The position numbers and the translations under genes are program-made. From positions 1 through 15,830 of the forward strand of contig JAOPTW010000076.1 of the NCBI GenBank assembly GCA_051532035.1: a stretch of DNA of 15,830 nt. Reading direction: 5' to 3'. Of this stretch, positions 1 through 7,634 are shown piece by piece (position 1 is the first letter of the stretch; every line of letters begins with the position of its first letter). The DNA comes from Fibrobacterales bacterium. GTDB lineage: Bacteria > Fibrobacterota > Fibrobacteria > Fibrobacterales > JAOPTW01. Below the pieces are notes generated by a model. It was not told the origin of the DNA, ran no database searches, and was given only the letters and a program-made list of their open reading frames with translations.

Positions 1-358
1 GATTAATCAAGGTCAATTTTTTACCCGAAGGTGTCTCTATATCGCTTTCTGAGACAAGTTTTCTTAAATAAGGTCTTTGAGTATTGACTTTCTATATAGG
101 CGCATACACTCCGCCATGTGTTGAGGCCCAGCGCCGATATAGAAGATCCTTATTGATGTTGTCCTCTGCAACCTTAGTTGCAGTTTTAATTTCTGCTTTA
201 TAAGCAGCAGTATAGTTATCTTCATATAGATACCAGCATGAGATTGTCCACCCCACGATCAATATACATATGGTAATAAAAACGGTTTTAATAATAGGCT
301 GTGGTTTAGCTTGCCTCGATGTTTCCACGTTTATTATAGATGTCTTTTCAATTGACAA
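1..358 (-). pseudogene. DUF3365 (Tll0287-like) periplasmic sensor-domain protein, 5' part, with an in-frame TAG at 92-94; the frame continues past the window edge
   Basis: TTG start with GAGGT 6 nt upstream; one TM helix, then KDLLYRRWASTHGGVYAPI*. The same frame continues KVNTQRPYLRKLVSESDIETPSGKKLTLIN, matching the family pattern HGGVYVP...NPYL...DI.TPSG..LTL.NP as I recall it. Confidence 0.75.
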
Positions 359-604
359 AACTATACCTCAAGAACATTAGTACTATAATTATAAATCACT
401 TGTATTCTAATTATCAGATATTTAAGCAATAATTACCATTTTTTTATTCTATAACTCAATAGTCCAACGAGTTATACAATACAATGGCACCGCTCGGGCG
501 ACTGTTGTTGTATTTCCACCATTATTTAACGCTATAACATCTGACATGAGACAAGAATCTTACTATTTTCATTCGATAGTAGCCTCGACAGAAGATAATA
601 CCGA

Positions 605-1972
605 ATGACCATAGTAGAGCTCATTACCGCACAAAGAGATTTCTTCAATACGCACACCACAAAAGATATCCCCTTTAGAGTTACCCAACTACTCACTTTC
701 AAAAAACTTCTTAAAGAAAATGAAGCGGAACTCTACGCTGCAATCCATGCTGACTTTGGCAAATCTGAGTTTGAAGCCTACGTTACTGAAATATCTCAGA
801 TCTATCATGAGATACATACGTTTATTAAACACATTAAAAAGTGGAGTGCAAAGAAGTATGTGCGCACAAATCTCGCTAATCTTCCAGGTCGCAGTTACAT
901 TGCACCCGAACCTCTCGGAACCACACTGATCATTGGAGCATGGAACTATCCCTATGCACTTTCACTTTTGCCCATTGTTTCTGCAATCGGCGCTGGCAAC
1001 ACCGCCATTTTAAAACCAAGTGAACTCCCCTCAGAAACATCAAAAATAATGGCGCGCCTTATCAACAGTACGTTCCCGAGCAACTTTTTACACGTTATTG
1101 AGGGAGATGCTCATCAAACAACCGAGCTCTTAAGCCATAGATTCGATAAAGTCTTTTTTACCGGGAGCACTCATGTAGGAAGAATTGTCTATGAGGCCGC
1201 CGCAAAACATCTCACACCTGTCACTCTTGAGCTGGGTGGTAAAAGCCCTACCTTCGTTCTTGCAGACGCAAACATAGCCATATCTGCCAAACGGATAGCA
1301 TGGGCCAAATTGTTAAACAGCGGGCAATCCTGTGTTGCTCCAGACTATATACTCGTAGATGCGTCAATTGAGAAAGAGTTTCTCGCCGCGCTCAAAGTTG
1401 AATTCGACACCTATTATTCACCTGCTGGTAAAAATGAAAACTATGTACAAATAATTAATGATACCCATTTTGACCGATTACACGGGTTAATTGATGCAAA
1501 TCATACCTATAGTGGTGGTCATGTCGATAAACCCCGTCGATTGATTAGCCCTACAATCCTTACCGATATTACCTTTGATCACGAAATAATGAAGGAGGAG
1601 ATTTTCGGACCTATCCTACCAGTCATCAGTTTTTCTAATCTCGACACCGCCATTGCTCAAGTCAACGCAAAACCCAAAGCCCTCTCTTGCTACGTCTACT
1701 CAAACAATAAACAGGCCATTAACACCATAGTCCATCATGTTTCATTTGGCGGGGGGGCGATCAATGAAAGCATTCACCATCTGGCCAATAGTAATCTGCC
1801 ATTTGGAGGTGTTGGCACAAGTGGCATAGGTAGTTATCACGGGAAATTTGGGTTCGACACCTTTACCCACTATAAAAGCATATTACACAAACCTACTTGG
1901 TTTGAACTTCCCATCAAATATGCCCCTTATACTCAAACAAAATTAAAAGTGCTCAAGTGGCTTTTGGAATAA
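605..1972 (+). CDS. NAD(P)-dependent aldehyde dehydrogenase (ALDH3/YwdH-like)
   Basis: Motifs IGAWNYP, LKPSE, FFTGST, LELGGKSP (catalytic Glu), NSGQSCVAPDY (catalytic Cys), EEIFGPILP and PFGGVGTSGIGSYHG. Confidence 0.96.
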   Translation: MTIVELITAQRDFFNTHTTKDIPFRVTQLLTFKKLLKENEAELYAAIHADFGKSEFEAYVTEISQIYHEIHTFIKHIKKWSAKKYVRTNLANLPGRSYIAPEPLGTTLIIGAWNYPYALSLLPIVSAIGAGNTAILKPSELPSETSKIMARLINSTFPSNFLHVIEGDAHQTTELLSHRFDKVFFTGSTHVGRIVYEAAAKHLTPVTLELGGKSPTFVLADANIAISAKRIAWAKLLNSGQSCVAPDYILVDASIEKEFLAALKVEFDTYYSPAGKNENYVQIINDTHFDRLHGLIDANHTYSGGHVDKPRRLISPTILTDITFDHEIMKEEIFGPILPVISFSNLDTAIAQVNAKPKALSCYVYSNNKQAINTIVHHVSFGGGAINESIHHLANSNLPFGGVGTSGIGSYHGKFGFDTFTHYKSILHKPTWFELPIKYAPYTQTKLKVLKWLLE

Positions 1973-2053
1973 CCCAGACCTATACTTACAAATGTAAAGA
2001 CTCGACCAACAACACGCCAGACGTCGTAACTGCTTCAACTACCTCCCTTGTTT

Positions 2054-2087
2054 CCCTATTTAACAACATCATCAACCATAAATAGGG
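2054..2087. promoter_or_regulatory. Inverted repeat CCCTATTTA-N16-TAAATAGGG next to a -10-like TATATT; possible operator
   Basis: Perfect 9-bp arms at 2054-2062 and 2079-2087, 32 nt upstream of ATG 2120. Confidence 0.3.
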
Positions 2088-2119
2088 TATATTATAGAGC
2101 AAGAACACCGGGGACACAC

Positions 2120-4369
2120 ATGAAAAGAGTATTACTCATTGCTACTGTAATGGCAGTTTTTGCTAATGGTCAGACATTAGATCAATTTATTCCAGGAAGC
2201 CGTACACTCGTTAAAGTTGCCGACAAAACTCAAATTCCAGAACTATCGGGACAAACAAGTACACGTGGGCAGCAAATCTGGGATCTCGAAGAGTATCGTG
2301 GGCACATCTATATTGGAATGGGTGATTACGGGGATAATACCGGCCCTATCGATATTGTCGCTTATGACCCTGCATCTAATAGCTTTGTCACATCATTAAG
2401 TAACGCCCCCACTGAGGCCACTGAATACATCAGAAACATCAACAATAATTTATATGTTACCATGACCGATTCCAAAGGCTGGACTGGCCCTGCTTTTGTA
2501 GGCGTACAAGCTGGGTCAAATTCATGGCAACAGTCTTCGACCCTCCCTTCGACAGCCCATACCTTTGACATAACCGAGTTCGGTGGACGGGTCTATGTCA
2601 CCACCGGAGACTGGCAAGATGGTGGTTCTCATCCCGGAGCAACGGTCCCTGCAAATGAAACAGCCCGCGTCTATTCAAGTGGTGACTTTGGGAGTACCTG
2701 GCAAGTAGAGGTGCGAGCAAACCTTGGCAGGTTTTATCATATCGGTTCAGATGCGACAACCATCTTTACCTGTGGTAATGGCGGCAGCTATTATAAAAAG
2801 GATGGAGTCTGGAACGGTGTGAGTACTGCAGGTAATTTTAGACCCGTTACCCTCAATGGTACCATGCGTATGATTCCTGCTGATGACGGATCAGCACTCT
2901 ATAAACTGAGTGGTGCAGATCTCGTTACCGCTGAGAGTAAACCCTTTAATGCTGACAACTTTTTTGCAAACAATATATCTTACAGCGACACTGACCTCCC
3001 CTACGAGGTATTTTGGATGCTCGGATCCCCTACCGGAAGCACTGCCATTGAGGTGTATGCAACAACAGATTTCGTAACCTGGGTACCTATTGCTCAGCTC
3101 GACGATCAAGGAGCTAACGCTGATATTTTTCGTACCTTTGTGCGGGTTGCCTACTCAAACAACACACTCTATTTTGGAACAACCAATGGCCACCTCTATG
3201 CCCTTCAAAATATTTTTGACTTTGACGCCGCCCCTCTCGCAACACTCCCCTCTGGCTACTATCACATTCAGAACATGTGGCAAGCAAATTATTTGAGTGA
3301 CAATGATAGCACTATAGCATACACCCACACAACGCCCTCTGACAGCACGCTTTGGCAACTCAATCAAAAAGGCGACCTCTCTATTGAACTCATACATGTT
3401 GCGACTGGTGACGCTATTCACGCTAACCCAGGAAGTGCCTATGCTCATACTGCTGTTAATCCTGAGAACGCCACCGCCGGACAATGGTTTGGTGAGTTCG
3501 TCACTGATTCTATCATTCGCTTAAGAAATGAAGCCGATCCATCGAGCTACCTCTATGTAAATAATAGTGATACCGTCATCAGTCACGGTGCTATTGAAAC
3601 AGATTGGGTTAGTGCACAGTGGAAGCTGATACCGGCAACGCCAATGCCACACGTGTCAGTATTATCCTATACTCTTTTAGATACCATTGATGGTACGACT
3701 CTCCCCGACAGTCTATTGGAGTCTCAACAGCATGCTTCAGTACGCATCACTCTTCAAAATACAGGACTGGTGGCATCGACCAACCTAACCATGGAAATCG
3801 ACACCGACGAATCATTGCTCACCACCTCAGGCCCCCAAACACTGGGTACCCTCTTAGACCAGAGTGATACAATCGTTGACCTCACTATCCAAATACAGGA
3901 CATTGCAACAGCCCAACACTCTAGTATCATCATAACCCTGAATGACGATTTTGATGTATGGCTCGATACCATCTCATTGTTCCTTACACCAACAGTGGTT
4001 GAATCTTCAGAGGATGCCCTTGAATCGTCGAGTAGTGCATTTGATGAATCGTCTGAAGATGAATCAGGGGAACGTTCATACAGTGAAGACCCTTTTGAGG
4101 CCTCTGAATCGAGTAATACAACCGCGTTACATGGTGGCATTCATAATTCTGAGGGATTACGAGGATCATTACAGATGGTTCACCTTACGGCAGGGCAGTT
4201 CACCTATAGGGCACAAAGGAGCGGCATGGTTACTATTACATTATTTAGCCTGACTGGTGAACAATTGTATCGATCTTCTGTGTATCCAACCAAAGGTATG
4301 AATAATGTACAACTACCCGCGTTCATCGGCCATTCGTTAGGGGTTGTCAGATTTAATAGAGCGCCATGA
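2120..4369 (+). CDS. Secreted modular protein: signal peptide, beta-propeller-like domain, ricin-type beta-trefoil, Ig-like domain, Ser/Glu linker, C-terminal sorting-like domain
   Basis: Start moved from TTG 2048 to ATG 2120 because MKRVLLIATVMAVFANG is a clean signal peptide. Blade-like repeats (LEEYRGHIYIG, INNNLYVT, TEFGGRVYVT, YSNNTLYFGT) and an Asp-box-like SGDFGSTW. Three repeats ending in W (STLW, AGQW, SAQW) at about 3245-3636. VRITLQNTG Ig-like motif. ESS-rich linker at about 4001-4115. Confidence 0.75.
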   Translation: MKRVLLIATVMAVFANGQTLDQFIPGSRTLVKVADKTQIPELSGQTSTRGQQIWDLEEYRGHIYIGMGDYGDNTGPIDIVAYDPASNSFVTSLSNAPTEATEYIRNINNNLYVTMTDSKGWTGPAFVGVQAGSNSWQQSSTLPSTAHTFDITEFGGRVYVTTGDWQDGGSHPGATVPANETARVYSSGDFGSTWQVEVRANLGRFYHIGSDATTIFTCGNGGSYYKKDGVWNGVSTAGNFRPVTLNGTMRMIPADDGSALYKLSGADLVTAESKPFNADNFFANNISYSDTDLPYEVFWMLGSPTGSTAIEVYATTDFVTWVPIAQLDDQGANADIFRTFVRVAYSNNTLYFGTTNGHLYALQNIFDFDAAPLATLPSGYYHIQNMWQANYLSDNDSTIAYTHTTPSDSTLWQLNQKGDLSIELIHVATGDAIHANPGSAYAHTAVNPENATAGQWFGEFVTDSIIRLRNEADPSSYLYVNNSDTVISHGAIETDWVSAQWKLIPATPMPHVSVLSYTLLDTIDGTTLPDSLLESQQHASVRITLQNTGLVASTNLTMEIDTDESLLTTSGPQTLGTLLDQSDTIVDLTIQIQDIATAQHSSIIITLNDDFDVWLDTISLFLTPTVVESSEDALESSSSAFDESSEDESGERSYSEDPFEASESSNTTALHGGIHNSEGLRGSLQMVHLTAGQFTYRAQRSGMVTITLFSLTGEQLYRSSVYPTKGMNNVQLPAFIGHSLGVVRFNRAP

Positions 4370-4668
4370 TAGTGATGCATCACAACAGCTAACGAGTACT
4401 ATTAAAAAAACCTGAGGGCATCTATATCCACTCGGTTCAATCGCCTCGTTGACCACACCCCTAGTGTAATTTTTCCTTTATAGCGCCCGACCACTGTTTT
4501 AATATACTGTCCCATACTATCCAGCAGTTCTGTTTTTGGTAGCCTATTTTCATTAAATTCCAGAGTATGATATGGGTTTAGTTTTTTTTGAAGGTAAAAA
4601 ATCTCATATTAATAATAACGTTGCATATGTAATTCATTAATACGACAATTAAGTAAGGAGGAAATGTT

Positions 4669-4716
4669 ATGGATAGTGTTGCTTCGTTACTGTATTTGAA
4701 TGGAGTAAGTGTATGA
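4669..4716 (+). CDS. Putative 15-aa upstream ORF MDSVASLLYLNGVSV, coupled to the TonB-dependent receptor gene
   Basis: AAGGAGG at 4655-4661, 7-nt spacer, ATG 4669; its TGA (4714-4716) overlaps the receptor ATG (ATGA). Confidence 0.4.
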   Translation: MDSVASLLYLNGVSV

Positions 4717-6899
4717 AACCTGTGAATTTAGGCATCTTGGTTTTACCTCTACTAATGCTGTTCTCAATGCCGACATATGCCTTGAATCAAGATGACTACT
4801 CAAAAAAAAATAACTTGAAACGTCTATACGCAATGAGTTTAAGTGAACTAATGCAGGTTAAGGTTAGGACCGCGGCTACACTCACTCATTCAAATAAGTA
4901 TTATTCCCCTGCTGCACTGACGGTCATTACTCAAAAAGATATAAAAGGTTCGGGGGCCCGAACCCTGAATGAATTATTACAAATATATGTGCCCGGACTT
5001 CAGCTGGCAAAACACCACTACGGTCACTCACATATTGGTACACGTGGTTTTATTAGTGGTGAAGATAATTACTTTATTACGGTTAATGGCCATGCAATAA
5101 GCAAACGATCGGTAACGGGTGGCATTGCGGAACGCGATCTCATGTTACTTGCAGACATTAAGCAAATAGATGTGATACGTGGCCCCGGCTCCGCCATTTA
5201 CGGATTTGGTGCAGAATCAATGGTTATTGCTATTACAACATTTGATGGCAATACCTTTAACGGCACGGAGGTTCGAACACGGGCCGGTTTAGGTACAGAA
5301 CGATATAGTATTGAAACAAAACATGGTGGATCGTTCGGAAAAAAAGGAGCCTATTTTTTATATGGTGGATTCAGTCATGTACCTGGCGCGAGTCTAGAGG
5401 ATTCTCCCTATATCTTTGGTAGATCATTCACCGCGAAAGATAGTACTCTTGTTGAAGCGGGTGAACCAACAGAAACCTTAATTCCTCGCGAGGGCGCCGC
5501 TTATCGTGATATGCCCCCCATAAAACTCCACGCCCAACTGACCTGGAAGGATTTGCAAGCACATGTTCGTTATACACGAGGAGGTGAAAAACTTGCTAAC
5601 AGGATTCTACGTGTCGCCCCTCCACCAATAGGAAATGATGCACCGCTCACTGATCAAGAGGGGCAGGTAGGGTATCAGCAAGTAAGTGCTCACATAGATT
5701 ATAAACGAGAGTTCTTTGATTCCTGGATGTTAGAATATGCTATCGGCTATGATATGTCTGACTATGAAAAACTATCGTTAAATTTACCAATCATCGAAAC
5801 ACGGCAATTTTCTCATCGTGAGGACACGTATTTTTCACGTGCTATTATCCATTGGACTCCCAGTGACCAGATCTCCTTAGCAGCAGGATATGAATACAAT
5901 CGTAATGAATATGGATTATGGAGCCCTTATTTTCCGGATAAAGCTCCCACCTCTGGTCGATTTAAAGAAGGTATGCCCCGTTGGAATACGCAGATTCATT
6001 CAATGTTGGCAGAATTCCAGTGGCACATAAATGAACAATGGACTACATTTTCGAGTGCCCGCATAGACAAACACTCTTTTTCTGATTTCGAAATTTCACC
6101 TCGGTTTGCTTTGGTGGCTATACCTACTGAAAAAGATGCGGTTAAAATTATTCTCTCACGCTCCAACTTATTGACCTACGCCGATAATGTGTATTTGATG
6201 TATCACGATGGCTCAGAGAATATAAATACCGAGACCCTTGATAACATTGAGGTACGGTATGAACGAAAACATTCGTCAAAAATATTTACTGCGATATCTG
6301 CATATTATCAACATATTAATGCTGTCGGGTGGGATGTTGCAAGGCAAAAATCAACTATTGTTGGGGAACAAGATCAGGCTGGTGGAGAATGGGAACTAAG
6401 CTATAAAGGAGGTACATTTCAGCTCGGTCTATCTCACTTATACCACAAACTCATTAACTTTAAACTCGGTGAATCAGCAAAAAGCACTTACGTTACTGCT
6501 GCTCCTTTTGGTTTCGGTAATAATTTGGACAGTTGGAGCAATAATATCACAAAAATAGATGGTTCGCTAACCCTCAGTGATCAGTGGCGTATACACGGGA
6601 ACCTTCAATATTTATGGGGATTTGAAGGTGTGAAAGATCAGATTGCCTATCGCAATTCTATAGCTCCCGAAGGCGCACAAGTCACAGACCCTGGTTGGGA
6701 GGACACTTTTGAGAAAAGCATATTTCTGAATCTTGGAGTTGCATATATGCCCATCAATAAACTCACCTTTAATCTTATCGGATATCATCTCCTTGGTCTG
6801 ATTGACGAAAATCTGAATAAACAAATCTATCTTGGTGGATTTGGAGGGTATCGTAATCTAGCGCCGAGTATTGGTCTCGATGCACAATGGGAGTTTTGA
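4713..6899 (+). CDS. TonB-dependent outer membrane receptor (plug plus beta-barrel)
   Basis: Signal peptide; MSLSELMQVKV..A, PAALTVITQKDI, VPGL and IKQIDVIRGPGSAIYG plug motifs; SPRFALV; C-terminal aromatic strand ending WEF. Confidence 0.93.
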   Translation: MKPVNLGILVLPLLMLFSMPTYALNQDDYSKKNNLKRLYAMSLSELMQVKVRTAATLTHSNKYYSPAALTVITQKDIKGSGARTLNELLQIYVPGLQLAKHHYGHSHIGTRGFISGEDNYFITVNGHAISKRSVTGGIAERDLMLLADIKQIDVIRGPGSAIYGFGAESMVIAITTFDGNTFNGTEVRTRAGLGTERYSIETKHGGSFGKKGAYFLYGGFSHVPGASLEDSPYIFGRSFTAKDSTLVEAGEPTETLIPREGAAYRDMPPIKLHAQLTWKDLQAHVRYTRGGEKLANRILRVAPPPIGNDAPLTDQEGQVGYQQVSAHIDYKREFFDSWMLEYAIGYDMSDYEKLSLNLPIIETRQFSHREDTYFSRAIIHWTPSDQISLAAGYEYNRNEYGLWSPYFPDKAPTSGRFKEGMPRWNTQIHSMLAEFQWHINEQWTTFSSARIDKHSFSDFEISPRFALVAIPTEKDAVKIILSRSNLLTYADNVYLMYHDGSENINTETLDNIEVRYERKHSSKIFTAISAYYQHINAVGWDVARQKSTIVGEQDQAGGEWELSYKGGTFQLGLSHLYHKLINFKLGESAKSTYVTAAPFGFGNNLDSWSNNITKIDGSLTLSDQWRIHGNLQYLWGFEGVKDQIAYRNSIAPEGAQVTDPGWEDTFEKSIFLNLGVAYMPINKLTFNLIGYHLLGLIDENLNKQIYLGGFGGYRNLAPSIGLDAQWEF

Positions 6900-7078
6900 C
6901 TTAATACCCCTGAGAGATTTTCTTTCTGCACATAATCCCAAAAGCCACCATCAAATATCCTAAAAGTAGCATTGGCCACCATATGTAGAAGTGATATAAT
7001 GTTTCACAAGTTGTAAATTAATAGAAGAACATATTACAACTCACCAATTACTATATTACATTCACCCTTTGCTCTCCA

Positions 7079-7531
7079 ATGGAAATCACTATGATCAGTA
7101 TACTCAACTCGAAAGATAATACAGCGCTCCTTAAAAGATTCTGTAACCTGACCCCTACGAGTACTGCTCAGTGGGGAACTCTTACTGTCGATAGAATGAT
7201 ACCGCATTTAAATGACCAAATGAGAGTTGCTACCGGTGATGTAAAAGCAGAGGACAAGTCAAATATTTTCCTCAGAACCATTATGAAAAGCCTCACCCTT
7301 TCTTGGGGATTACCAGTACCCAAAGGAAAGATTAAAACAGACCGTACCATGCTATTGAGCGAGCCAACAACGTTGGATGAAGATATGCAAAAATTTCATT
7401 TATTGCTCGAACGAGTTATTGAAAAAGAAAGTACCGCGAGTCATCCAGCCTTTGGGGTATTAACGCACAAAGAGTGGTGTATTCTGGTGGCAATTCATAT
7501 TGATCATCACCTGAAACAATTTGGGTGTTAA
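7079..7531 (+). CDS. DUF1569 / DinB-superfamily protein
   Basis: LTP...QWGTLTVDRMIPHL, HPAFGVLT..EW and HIDHHLKQFG are typical of DUF1569. The start could be ATG 7091. Confidence 0.88.
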   Translation: MEITMISILNSKDNTALLKRFCNLTPTSTAQWGTLTVDRMIPHLNDQMRVATGDVKAEDKSNIFLRTIMKSLTLSWGLPVPKGKIKTDRTMLLSEPTTLDEDMQKFHLLLERVIEKESTASHPAFGVLTHKEWCILVAIHIDHHLKQFGC

Positions 7532-7544
7532 TAAGACTGTTATC

Positions 7545-7578
7545 AAAAAAAGCACGGGATTGTTCCCGGGCTTTTTTT
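7545..7578. terminator. Bidirectional rho-independent terminator
   Basis: A7-GC-A-CGGGA-TTGT-TCCCG-G-GC-T7 lying between convergent genes. Confidence 0.85.
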
Positions 7579-7593
7579 GTCATGTTATCAGTG

Positions 7594-7617
7594 AGGTATA
7601 CACAATGTTGTATACCT
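7594..7617. other. Second hairpin AGGTATACA-N6-TGTATACCT in the 3' UTR of the collagen-like gene
   Basis: Perfect 9-bp inverted repeat; no U-tract. Confidence 0.45.
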
Positions 7618-7634
7618 GCTTAACTCAGTTCACT

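Noticed and set aside
92..94. Genome-wide TAG recoding or pyrrolysine
   Set aside because: TAG terminates three other genes at plausible ends, no other gene has an internal TAG, and no pyl genes are in the window.
485..503. Minus strand AGTCGCCCGAGCGGTGCCA resembles a tRNA 3' end or att site
   Set aside because: No TTCG T-loop, no matching 5' T-stem or acceptor strand, and no integrase nearby; better explained as part of the + strand hairpin.
2048..2119. ORF-track N-terminal extension from TTG 2048
   Set aside because: It overlaps promoter-like sequence and would bury the signal peptide that starts at ATG 2120.
4600..4650. Possible Fur box upstream of the TonB-dependent receptor
   Set aside because: AT-rich but a poor match to GATAATGATAATCATTATC.
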